The notes under the pieces were generated by a model. The model was not told the origin of the DNA. It saw only the letters and a program-made list of their open reading frames with translations, and made no database searches. Shown in pieces: positions 1-10,795 of a stretch of DNA of 64,000 bases (position 1 is the first letter of the stretch; the number at the start of each line of letters is the position of its first letter). A program made the translations under genes and the position numbers. Where the stretch lies: contig CP089278.1 of the NCBI GenBank assembly GCA_023920165.1, positions 806,001-870,000 on the forward strand, in the 5' to 3' direction. This stretch comes from Curvularia clavata (taxonomy: Eukaryota).

Positions 1-1809
1 GGCTTTTGACTCCATTCCTTTGTAGTGCTCAGACATGTGCGTCGTCTTCTGAGGCGGCTCTCAAGATGCGGACTTCGGCCAGGCAAGACTCAGGCTTACA
101 GGCGGTCCAAGACCGATGCAACACCATTGAATCTGCTGGTCCATCCGAAAATTATCGTCTTTGCTACATTCCTCAGATCCATTGTTGGAGCGCAATAAGC
201 TACGATAAGGACCAGAGGTATGCAGCGCAGAATGTGGAACCCAGGGGTATGTGCCTTCTCCATCTCGGTAGCAAACTGAATAATGGCTTGAGAGTAACCT
301 TGAGCTATGGAGGCATAATCGGCGGAGCTTTTCTCATACGATTCTATTGGTGCCTTGGATTCTGTTTGAATTTTGTACATCAGCATATTGAGTATTAATC
401 CATTGGCCATATAGGTCGAACGAATGAACGACCCAGACGCTCGGTTAGTTGGTGCTCTGGGTGAGCTCCCTTTTGCTGGCTGCGACGAAGAATCCGGAGT
501 CGAAGTATCGCCGGAGTTGTTAGACGGCTTTATCAAATCGGCATTCTCTTTGGCCCAATTATCAAGATCTGCAATCAATCTACACGCGAGCTCTCTACCT
601 GGCGTAACATCAACATCGGGTGGTATTATTGTCTCGAAGATGATACGCAACGATCCTTCGATTCCTAGGCAGGCCGTGCAGTGAGGTATCATAAGCTGTA
701 TGTCAGCGAGGACTTGGTGTGGATCTTTTGGCATATCCAAGAATGGTATGGTTAACCATTCAGGAGAGGAATATGGAGACCTTTTGTTGAAAAAAACGGA
801 CCTGTGAGCCTACAAACTGTCAGCTGATGATATCGCAGGGTACTGCTACTTGATGACCCACATCCTGGGCACGGATAGCTTTGAAGATTGGCCAAATCGC
901 GCCGGATCTACAGTTACTCGGTCCTCGCATTTTCATGATTTCGCCTGCAGCGTTAAGGTGAGCTGTGGAGCCAGCCGCAGTTGCTCCAGCATATAGCTCG
1001 TATAGAGCCAAGATGATTGGGACCAAAACCTCTCCCTCATCCGGAATGGTGTTTTTCTTCATCCTCGCTATTGAACTTCGCTGAGCGTTCAATGCTACAT
1101 TGTACCATCTCCAAGAATCTATGGTGATACTGGGGTCATTATGGTACTTGCCGTAGAATGCCATGGAGACTGCCCGAAGTGAGATCTTGACGACAGGTTT
1201 GGTGGCTTTGCCGAATATGCTTTGTAAATGACCAATCCACTGGACTTCAGGGGCGCGAGACTTTCCAGCTCTGTTGAGCTCTACGTAATGAGTGATGAAG
1301 GCATTATCCAATGCTTCAGGCAGGGCTTTAGACGGCTGGTTGAAGGTAGGGGGTCTGTAATGATAGCGGATGGCTGTGATTGCCTTTTCCACTTCTTCTG
1401 CACGGCTGGCCTGGATCGAAAACTCATGGTTTTGGAGGGGTATGTTTAGTGGGGTCACAGGCTGATTTGATCGGTTGGAGACCACAAGATTTGGGTCAGT
1501 CTCTACTGCAGCCCGTTCGACCGTTTTGTCACTAGCCATTGCCAATGTTCTTGCTATCTCTTTCTTTTTCTTGGTTCTTGGCCTAACAACACGCTCAGTC
1601 ATGTCAATTACTATAGAGCCTTGTTTTGGCCCAGAGCATCGAAGGCCTAGACGCTTGCATTGATTGCAGGTCTCTGGTGTCTCGTCGCACTGGAGAGGGA
1701 AATGATCAACTGCTGTCCTGAAGTTGCATATAGTACGCGATTGACGAACCTTGACGCGCCTTGTGCGACATTGGGAACAAGCCCGACTGCGCTGAGACCT
1801 CGGAGGCAT
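1..1809 (-). CDS. Zn(II)2Cys6 fungal transcription factor (multi-exon, 3' end runs off the window)
   Basis: ATG at 1809. CSQCRTRRVK-[intron]-CDETPETCNQCKRLGLRC forms a binuclear cluster. ORFs 820-1830 and 96-740 join via introns, and a further GTAAGC donor lies near 99. Confidence 0.85.
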
Positions 1810-2523
1810 GCTGCCGATATGTCTATACACAACACAAACGAGAGAAAGTCAAGACCCGTGGGTTAGGTAAGCGATGCAAGGTTGAAGAAGTAGATGCTTG
1901 AGAACATGAGAGTGCTGATTGACATCGGCATTGATGATCGGCAGGGAATACTTCTATGAGAGATGCATTTCTCCTGTAGTGAGACTAGGCAGATTTTCCC
2001 GAACCGCTGGGCTGGGCTAGCTACGGCCGAAGCGGAGAATGCGTAGGCTTCGTGACATGGTCTTCGCGTTTCTGAGTCATGCATACGACTTGAAATCACG
2101 GTAATATGAATCCCGTGTCTTCTGGCAATCAGCATCTCGGGTGGAAAGCGGAGGGCGATGCGCATGGTGAACCATTTGAACAAAGCCAACCTTCATGAGC
2201 GAGGTCTGGTCGATGTACCCAATTATTGAAACAGACCAGACCGCATCTACAGATCTGAAAATGGCGAAACGCAGATGACGACACTAACTTGTTTCATGGG
2301 AGTGGAGGCTTGGTACTGGCATGGTACAAATGCATTTCGGTGATGGGATGGGTTGGTCGCACAAAATGACCAAGCGAATCCAACGGCTGTATGTATCCAT
2401 CTGGCTTCTTCTTCTTTGTAGCCAAAGTCTAATCTTTCGCCTCCACCTGCGCACATTAATGCCATGTCATTATGACGACGCTAGTAGCCAATGTTACTTG
2501 CACGTGCTTTGCCGCCAATCAGG

Positions 2524-2841
2524 TTACATCTCTCCCTTTTCTCCCTTCTTCTTGCCTTCCTGTTGCAGCTCTTTCATGTGTGCTTCGTGATCGCTGACTT
2601 GCTGCCGGTCCGCAGCGATATTGCTTTCACCGGAGCTAGCAAGATCCTCGCGCCATCGGCCCTGTCCTTGTTGTTGTTCCTTGAGCTGGTCCTGCTTTGC
2701 CTGCTCGATTTCCTCAGGGCTGCGCTGGGCATCCTCCTTGATAGCCATGCGCGGTGTAGTTGCAAAGGCGCGACGAGTTGACAAGGTCATGGGTGCGCGG
2801 AGTGAGCGCGTCGCGCTAAGGATAGTGCGGGGCGATAACAT
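2524..2841 (-). CDS. Small hydrophilic protein with mitochondrial-type presequence (105 aa)
   Basis: MLSPRTILSATRSLRAPMTLSTRRAFATTPR is R/S/T-rich and acid-free, followed by a charged helical tail. TGACGTCA lies upstream at ~2974. Confidence 0.75.
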   Translation of the reverse strand: MLSPRTILSATRSLRAPMTLSTRRAFATTPRMAIKEDAQRSPEEIEQAKQDQLKEQQQGQGRWREDLASSGESNIAADRQQVSDHEAHMKELQQEGKKKGEKGEM

Positions 2842-3389
2842 GATGGGTAGTTTGGGTGCTCGGAAAGGAACTGAATGATTCTGAATGCTTAGAATTGGTG
2901 GGTGCAGAGTGTCTGGCGAGTTCTTATGAAGGATGGGGAAACTGCTGGCATTCATCAGTGGGTCTTCTTGCGTTGACGTCATATCTCTACGGCCACAGTG
3001 ACGAGACTCCCACAGCCAGTAAAACCGGAAAATCAAATAAGCTCGCGCTATCAACACAGTACGTACTATATGACTGTGACGACTACAGCTGCTTTAGAGG
3101 CAGATTCGTAATTGTTAAGAATAACTACATCAATTGACAAATACCTATGGTAACACCAGCATGATCACCAACCAATGGGCATAAGCCGAGTGAGCGAACA
3201 ACGGGCGTTACAATCAGCCCAAAGCCATTGAACTATTGCATACAAAGCTGCCTTAAGAATAGCGATTTTATTTTTGTGTAAGGTGGTTTGTAGGCCACTA
3301 TTTCACCAGTGAGGGAAGCCGCCAGCATCCAGCTCAAGACATCACAACAAACGCAACACACAAACGACACAATACACCAAGCTGTCAAA

Positions 3390-4010
3390 ATGCCAAAGCA
3401 CGCGCACTCTGAAAGCAACACTACCCCAACTAATGAGAGCGAATACAACGTTGACTCCGACGTCTTTCGCCCAACCAAGCGCTGCACACCATCCACAGCG
3501 CCCTGTGTAAACACCGATCAAGGGTGTACGCTGCCACTCACGCACGAAAACCTCAGAGTCCATACTTGCAGCGAATCTCTCGGAAGATCCTCGCAGCGCC
3601 CGCAGCAACCAGTGGATACCAGTAGTGGTATCAGTGGCTCCATGTCGGCGCGCTCTGGATCGCCGACGCGGAATGCCTGGGACACGCTCGCAACGCTTCG
3701 AGCTTACCGCATTGAGGTGGATACAAATCGCGAGTTGCCGGCAGATCTTAAGAACCATCTCGACACAGTACTGGCGCGTAAGAGACATGGAAGTCGCTCA
3801 CCTAACGCCAGCCGCGTCTTACAGCATCGCCTTGCCGCCTCGCTGGATAATGAGACCACAGGCATTCGCCGTCTGGAGCCGTTGTTACTATTTGCCGGCG
3901 AAGATGACCCAAGCGCAATCTATCCTGTGCCTATGATCTCCAGTAAACTTAACTTCAACCTGTCCCGTGACTTCCTTCCCCTAGCACCTCCCCGAGTCGA
4001 GTCGTACTAA
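3390..4010 (+). pseudogene. Hypothetical protein, probably truncated or a fragment
   Basis: ATG at 3390 in good context, 206 codons, ending abruptly. Flanked by related GTGG..CCAC motifs. Confidence 0.4.
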
Positions 4011-4771
4011 TGCCTCCGAGCCAAGTAAACCAAAACGGTACAAGAAGCGGCCCCGTACCGAAGAGAATGCTGGTGGGTAAGCTGTATCATTGCTGTGATA
4101 TTATAGCATGCAACGAGGCCTATTGTGCACGCTCCCCTAAAAACAGTAAAGCTGGAGAATTGAAATGAGCTCACCTACAATGACGAGCTATCAAGACAGT
4201 AATGCTGAAAAGCTGTTACAAGTACAGCTACTTTTAATAATAGAGCTGTGAGTGGTAAGACCACAGTTTATATCAAGGAACCGTGGCGACTATAGCCACT
4301 TTTACAGTAGAGTGGGTTTGTAGGCCGCCATTTTCTGTTTTCACCAGTACGTGCATGCTATCATAGATATGCTCTAATTGGATGAGATTTTGATGATATA
4401 AAATCCTCAATCTTAGGAGAAGGAGCACACTGCCTTAGGCGGCATTCCATTGGACCAGATCCTCAGTTGGCGTAAAGTTATCAACGGTCGTTAGCTTAGC
4501 AGAATTAATCAAAAGGTACAAGGAGAAGAGATACGTTGGATTGAGACCTTCAGCTAGCTAGTATCAACTTGCTTTATTCATCAGCTTTTATATATACAAT
4601 ATATCTGTTCAAAGCTCATGAGAAACCCTGCTTATCATGATCATTACTCCAGCATGCTCCCAAACACCGCCGAACCGCTTTGTGCCTCTCATGCAGTCGT
4701 ACCATCTATGTCTGATTTCATACTGTGCACCCGATAATTTACTGGCTAATTGAGACAAAGGCCGTATAAGT

Positions 4772-5170
4772 TTATCCAGAGCTGTTCTTTGGCGCGCTGC
4801 CTGCACCACTGCTCTTCTTATCAGGTGCGCCTCCGTGTCCTCCAACGTCAGGGCGGTTGGGTTCACTGATATCCTTGTTGCCCGGGCTGACGTTCAAGCT
4901 GTTCTGCTTTCCGCCAGCATCTTGCTCAGCCGATACCTCTGCCTCCTCTGGAGATGTCTTTGAAGAATCAAAAGCCGCGCTCGTGTGTGCTGCGCCGTCG
5001 TCGGAGCCAGACTTGGCGTACTCGGTCGATCGTGGCTTGAGCGAATCTTTGTCTTGAGCGTCTTTCTGTGCAAACCTTGCGGGGGTCGTGGAAACGAATC
5101 GGGAACCGAGAGCTGGAGAACGAGCAAAAGCTGCACGTTGGATGGCGCGCGTAGGTTGAATGCGGAACAT
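4772..5170 (-). CDS. Small hydrophilic G/S/D-rich protein with mitochondrial-type presequence (132 aa)
   Basis: MFRIQPTRAIQRAAFARSPALGSRFVSTTPARF presequence followed by a disordered hydrophilic body. Confidence 0.75.
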   Translation of the reverse strand: MFRIQPTRAIQRAAFARSPALGSRFVSTTPARFAQKDAQDKDSLKPRSTEYAKSGSDDGAAHTSAAFDSSKTSPEEAEVSAEQDAGGKQNSLNVSPGNKDISEPNRPDVGGHGGAPDKKSSGAGSAPKNSSG

Positions 5171-6081
5171 GTTGAGGATGTGATTGTGCTCGTAGGCGTT
5201 GTTTTCAAGAAAACTTTGTGAGTTGGAGCTCTTGAATAATTTACCGGATATCAATTGTAAGATGGCAAAGTCCAGGAGGGTCGAATTTCACAAACATACG
5301 TAGTTTGGAGAAGCTTTGACGAGGTGACGAGTAGATGCATAGGAAGCTCCTACGACGATGGAATGACGTCGATACGCCGAGGTATGGCCGAGGCACTCTC
5401 GCCCACGTGACTTACCCACACAACTGGCGAACTTGCTCATGCTGCCCGCGTCTCCAACGCGTGGGGCTATGTCAAACTACTGCGTACCCATCGACATCCA
5501 GGGATCCTTGATTTTCATATGCCAAGGCACCTGTCCCAGAATGGGAATCTGAGCTTGTCTTCAATTTCCAATGCAGGTTACCGCCTGGAGTCTTGAATAA
5601 ACCAAGCTTCCTTGAATTCTTGGAAAAACTTCCTTGTCGCGATAAATCTGCGAGTGTATGCCCCTAGCTGGCAACAATATTACTATTTGGAAGTGGACAC
5701 AGTGGCACTATGACAAGACATACATCTAGCCATATCAGGAATCTCAAAGTCTGAGCTCTCAACAGCTTTCATCGTTTACATTCTTATCTTTCCAGTCATG
5801 AAAGACGCTAAACCTCATTTAGGAAAAAGAAATCAACTAAAATGTTCTGCAGGAATGGATTTTCCCAGGCCAGAAGAGCCCAGGCGTTCAGGCAGTAATC
5901 ACGTGACTCGGTCTGGCCGTTGGAGCCTTGTCAGGCGTCTGCCACTCGTACAGTTGAAGGATTCATAGAAGAGAAACTTGACATAAAGACGCATCTAAGA
6001 CTTCTTCAACTCTGAACACTATCTTCTCTCCTCAGATCCATCCGTAAACACTGCCAAAACCTTTCTTCCCATCCATTGACT

Positions 6082-7764
6082 ATGGCAGTCTCAAGCTGGA
6101 TTCCTCCGCCCCCACCAGATCCTAACACACTCAAAAATCCTCCTCCTTTCGCTCCCTTCCCGGTTATCCAGCTACGCGCTGGAAAGATTAAAAAATCCCT
6201 CTGGAATGGCAAAATCGAATCAGCAATCTACAAAACCCCTCTAACCGGTCCAGTTGAGGTCGCTGAATTGGGTATTACCACGGATGCACATGCCTTCTAT
6301 AAGCATGTAAGCCCTGACAAGGCTCTTCTTCACTATTGCACATCTCACTACGACGAGTGGAAGAAGGAATTACCAGAATCAGAGCAATACTTCAGACCCG
6401 GCGCATTCGGTGAAAATCTATTCAACACAGAAGTCAGCGAGAAGAACCTTTGTATCGGTGACCGACTTGCCATTGGAGACATTATTGTCGAAGTCAGCGA
6501 GCCACGAGGACCATGCTTCAAACTTAATCACCGATTCGAGGTAAAGAATATGGCGAAGCGCACTCAGACTCTTTTGCGCACAGGCTGGTTGTATCGCATC
6601 ATTAAGACGGGCAGTATCTCAGCAGGAGATATGATTTCACTGTTAGAAAGACCGAACCCTGAGTGGACAGTGGCCCGTGTCATGTACTATCTCTTTATTG
6701 AAACCGACAATATGGAGATGATGAAGGAAATTGTCCAGATACCGCAGCTTGGTTGGGACATCAAGAGCCAATTCCAGGCTAGGCTCGATAAGGGCGTAAC
6801 TGAGGATCAGAGTGACAGACTGTTTGGTGGCGAAGACGAAAAGACGTTCACCTGGAATGAATATCGTCTCGTTGAGAAGAGGAAAGAGACCAAAACCGTT
6901 ACAGCGTTCACATTCGAGGCAACAGACGGTGTTTCCAACGCCCTACCCGTGGAGCCGGGCAGTCATGTACGGCTGAAGCTAGGTGGAAAATTGGTGCGCG
7001 CCTACTCAGTCGTTGGTGGAACATCCAAACGTTTTGAACTGGGCGTTGCCCTCGAACCTGATAGCCGCGGTGGTTCGAAGTACCTGCATGAGCAAACTAA
7101 CACTGGCGACGTTCTAACGGTCGGACGCATCACCGCCAGTTTTCCACTTGCCAAAGATGCAGACCGCCACATCATCATCGCTGGTGGCATCGGTATTACA
7201 GCCTTTATGGTAGCACTCGAGCACCTTCAGGAAACCAAGCAGAAGTTCCATCTCCACTACGCTGTCGCTGATGAAGTGCCCTTCGCAGCCAGGATTGCAG
7301 CACTAGGTTCTGATGTGACAATCTATAGAAAGTCGCTGGGTCAGCGTCTAGATGTCTCTGGGATCCTGGGTAAAGCCGATGATCGAACACACATCTATAC
7401 ATGTGGGCCGACTCGTTTGATGGATGATGTTGTCAGAACAGCAAACTCGTACAGTATCCCTGAGTCTTCTATTCATATCGAGGCATTCACCGCTGAGACT
7501 TCTGGCGACCCATTCACGGCAAAACTCAAGCAGAGCGATAGGGTGATAGAAGTTGGTCCCACCCAATCTCTGCTGGACGCGCTAAAAGCTGTGGGCATGG
7601 ACATTGATAGTTCATGCGAAGTAGGCAATTGCGGGACGTGTAAAGTAGATGTATGCTCAGGACGTATTGAGCATCGAGGCACTGCCCTGCAGGGCTTGGA
7701 GAAGGACGACAGCATGCTGAGTTGCGTCAGCAGAGGTATAGGCACGATCGTCCTCGACTTGTAA
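6082..7764 (+). CDS. MOSC (YiiM-like) / 3-alpha domain fused to a phthalate-dioxygenase-reductase-type FAD/NAD module and 2Fe-2S ferredoxin
   Basis: GAFGENL and EPRGPCFKL (MOSC); RAYS, GGS, AGGIGIT and YTCGP (FNR family); CEVGNCGTC...LSC (2Fe-2S). Single exon. Confidence 0.9.
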   Translation: MAVSSWIPPPPPDPNTLKNPPPFAPFPVIQLRAGKIKKSLWNGKIESAIYKTPLTGPVEVAELGITTDAHAFYKHVSPDKALLHYCTSHYDEWKKELPESEQYFRPGAFGENLFNTEVSEKNLCIGDRLAIGDIIVEVSEPRGPCFKLNHRFEVKNMAKRTQTLLRTGWLYRIIKTGSISAGDMISLLERPNPEWTVARVMYYLFIETDNMEMMKEIVQIPQLGWDIKSQFQARLDKGVTEDQSDRLFGGEDEKTFTWNEYRLVEKRKETKTVTAFTFEATDGVSNALPVEPGSHVRLKLGGKLVRAYSVVGGTSKRFELGVALEPDSRGGSKYLHEQTNTGDVLTVGRITASFPLAKDADRHIIIAGGIGITAFMVALEHLQETKQKFHLHYAVADEVPFAARIAALGSDVTIYRKSLGQRLDVSGILGKADDRTHIYTCGPTRLMDDVVRTANSYSIPESSIHIEAFTAETSGDPFTAKLKQSDRVIEVGPTQSLLDALKAVGMDIDSSCEVGNCGTCKVDVCSGRIEHRGTALQGLEKDDSMLSCVSRGIGTIVLDL

Positions 7765-7963
7765 TCTTCTTCATCACCCTACATGACTGCCAGTCAGCAT
7801 CCGGTCACTATATTTTCGACGGTAAAGCTGCCGTTTAGACCAGAGAATAGACATCAAACCATTCGCGAAATCCCCAGAATACTTTGACATAATCCAATAG
7901 AATATTCGCAGGACAATTTTGCCTGGTAATATCTGATCTAAACGCCACCGGCAATAACAAGCT

Positions 7964-8097
7964 GCTTGAGTGGCCAAGTGGTAAGGCGTCGCACTTGTAC
8001 CTTCAAGGTCATGCGAAGATCCATGGTTGTAAGTTCATCCCAGGTTCGAATCCAAGTTCGTCCTTCTAACACGCAACAGCGACTCCGTGCTTGAGCA
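7964..8097 (+). tRNA. tRNA-Thr(UGU) with two introns (8000-8010 canonical 37/38; 8029-8079 spliceosomal-type in the T-loop)
   Basis: Removing both introns gives a 72-nt cloverleaf: acceptor GCTTGAG/CTTGAGC+A, D-arm GCC/GGC, anticodon stem TCGCA/TGCGA with loop CT-TGT-AA, T-arm CATGG-TTCGACT-CCGTG. A-box TGGCCAAGTGG; T5 terminator at 8107-8111. Confidence 0.85.
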
Positions 8098-8111
8098 ACA
8101 AATCTCTTTTT

Positions 8112-8196
8112 GGTGACTTGGTGTAGTGGTCAAAGACATGGTCAGTCACCGAGTACGCGTTCTTTTTGACGGTTAGTTCGAATCTAGCAGCCATCA
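8112..8196 (+). pseudogene. Degenerate tRNA-like Pol III unit
   Basis: A-box TGGTGTAGTGG, T-arm GTTAG-TTCGAAT-CTAGC, acceptor-like GGTGACT/AGCCATC (one mismatch). No proper variable loop, unclear anticodon, internal TTTTT. Confidence 0.6.
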
Positions 8197-8736
8197 AATG
8201 TAGAGTTTTCTCTGCAGACCCACTCTACTATTTCTCTTACTGTCTACTTGCGAGGTAGTTGTCAGCTCCTCGTTCAAACAGCTAAAGTTTTCCTCTACGG
8301 CATTTTTACTTCTAAAGTAAGTGAATAAGAGAAGAAAGACTGAACTTATAGATAGAAAGAAAGAAATAGAGGAAACAAGTTCCTATCACGTGTCTAGGCA
8401 CGTGACAGAGCGAATCTTTGTTAACCAGCTGTGGAAGACGACGCGAAATTGGACATACCAATGTATTTACTACAAATAGGCAAGACTAGGCAGGCACTTT
8501 TAAGACCTAGGCCTTGCCCGTTAATGTGCCCCTAGGCAGGACTTCAAAGCAAGACGTTAAAACTAGAATTCGAAATCTAAACGCCAGCCCAAAAACCCTA
8601 ATCCCAATGCTTTATGCAAATGCAACAATGCTCAGTCATCCCACCGCATATTCAAGATCAAACTCTCCACCTCTTCACTACTCAGTCCTTTTCTCCTCTC
8701 TCTCCTCTCTACCTCACTTCCTTTGCTAGAAGAGAG

Positions 8737-9030
8737 TCACATGCTACCGTTGAACCACCACGCCGCTCCGACCGGCCACCCGAGAATGATGGCGTAGAAG
8801 GGGAAGTAACTACAAGCAGGAAAGTCAGCAACAAAGCTTATTATTTGATTGTCTAGGATGATGCAGGAGAGGACTTACACAGCACTTGTCTTTGCGAGTT
8901 TTTGGCCGAGATCGCCTGCGCGCCATGCATGAGGGGCCATGGTGATGGGGTTGCGAGCGAAAGGGTGTGGCTCGACCATTCCACGGGCAAGGGTGCGCCA
9001 CATGATGCGTGCTTGAGTTGGTGAAGGCAT
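8737..9030 (-). CDS. 74-aa single-pass membrane microprotein, two exons (possibly Cox26-like)
   Basis: Exon 1 9030-8879, intron 8878-8810 (GTAAGT...CTGAC...TAG), exon 2 8809-8737 giving ...TSAVYFPFYAIILGWPVGAAWWFNGSM*. Confidence 0.75.
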
Positions 9031-10033
9031 TTTGTTTGAGAGTTCTTTTGTTCTTGGAATAAAAACTTGAATAAGGTTGTTGTTTGGTTGGCTGGTTGAA
9101 AATCGAAGTATTTGAACCGGCTTTCGAATGTGTTGGTTGTGCAGATGGTAAAGTGACTTTAGATCTGTTGTAGTTTGTGTATCCCAAGTCGTAAATGTAG
9201 TGGTTGTTATTGATGCTGATGTTGAAGCTGATGTAGAATACACCACAACAAGCTCTCCATCTCTATTTATTACAGCCTGCGCAAAACAACAAGTGACTCT
9301 ACAAAACATCGCACCACCAGGCGTCGAATCGATCGCGTGAGATTCGCCCTCGTAATCCTTGGTCCAAGAACACCCGCATCCTTCCTGCCCTCAGTTCCCC
9401 AATTCAATCATCCACCGGCCCGCAGCATGTAGGCCCTGACAAAAGAAAAGAGCCTTGCCAGATGCCGAAGCGTGCACGAGAAAATACCCAAATAGGCAAC
9501 AAGTGGGATTTTGCATCGAAGACAGTCGCGCGTTGCCGGCAGGAATTACCAGGTTGGGCGGCTTTCTAGAGTACCGCCGTGCGGTGCAGGGGGCAGTGCG
9601 TGTTGGTGGTCGCGAGAGAATGGGGTGATATTTTGTTTTTGCGAGAGGCGGCGGCCGCCGAAATGCGGGTGCGGCATGGGCTTACCTAGCCGATGCGCCT
9701 GCGTGCCGGTCGTCGCACGACAATGGGGTGATATGCTGACATGCAGGGCTGCAGGTGTCTCTGGGACAGGATGATGTAACTCAGAGATAAGTTAATTGCG
9801 ATTTATGGGCAGCAGTTGGTGTTGTTTGAAGGTATGGTGCATAGTGTTTCTGCTGTGCTCGGTGTCATTGGTGAGCATTTTACCATTAACGTCACCACTA
9901 TGAAGGGACAGATCGCCAATCGAGGGCCTCGAATAGATGAATATAGTAGAAAAGAATAAATGCCGGGTATAATATTATCACACATGCTGACTGACCACCT
10001 TATTCCCTTACCTGCACCCCGCAAACCTCCTGC

Positions 10034-10795
10034 TTACTGCTTCCCCAGCTCGACAATCTCTCCCATCCCCAACATCCACACCCCGTCGTCCCTCTTCCCC
10101 TCGATACAGCGGACTCCCGCCTGCACCGCCGCTCTCGCAATAACGCTTGCATCTTGCGCCCACCAATCCGTCAACTTCCCGCTCCCAGCCAATCCCTTCA
10201 AACCATTGGCTAAACCCCTAAACAACGCCTCCGCCGGGCGGCTCTCGTTCCTATCCCCAACAATCAGACCCGGTCGCAGGATCACAGTATGCTTGAAGCC
10301 CAGATTCTTGACCGCCTCCTCCAACTCGCCCTTCATCTTCGGATACGCAAAGTAGGAGTTGGCATTGGCGCCGTTAGATGAAATGAGGACGCATACGTCT
10401 GTGCCTGCTTCCTTGGCTGCTTTGGCTAGGTCAAGGGCAAGATCATAGTCGATTTTCCGCTGGGCTTCGACACCGCCGGCTTGCGCGCGCGTGGTCCCTA
10501 GAGCGCTAAAGAAGACTTTGGGTGGCTCGGCTGAGGGGAACTGGGCTGGCCATTGCGACGATTCGGTGGAGATGATGGACTGGAGCTTGGTCGACCCGTT
10601 GGGGTTGGGCAGTTCACGGCGGGAGAAGGCGTGGACAGAGGAGAAAGAGGGGTGTGCTAGGAGGGTGGAGAGAATGTTTGAACCCTGAGGATATGTGTTA
10701 GATGTGTGTTCAAAGTGTGGCACATACGAGAGGGCTTAGGGCGGCGTAGGACATACGACAAGGCCAGTGCTGCCAGCGAGTACTGCTTTCGCCAT
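10034..10795 (-). CDS. FMP52: NAD(P)-binding Rossmann protein, Fmp52/TIP30-like
   Basis: MAKAVLAGSTGLV-[intron]-GSNIL; SALGTTRAQAG, KIDYD, YPKMKGELE and ILRPGLI motifs. Confidence 0.85.

Noticed and set aside
8038..8067. Alternative tRNA fold using the intronic GGTTCGAATCC as the real T-arm
   Set aside because: The stem CCAGG/CCAAG has two mismatches and no acceptor 3' strand follows; the spliced model pairs fully.
8280..8545. AT/purine-rich patch with recurring CTAGGC near the tRNA
   Set aside because: Could be a RIP-decayed relic, but it is too short and has no termini or coding remnant.
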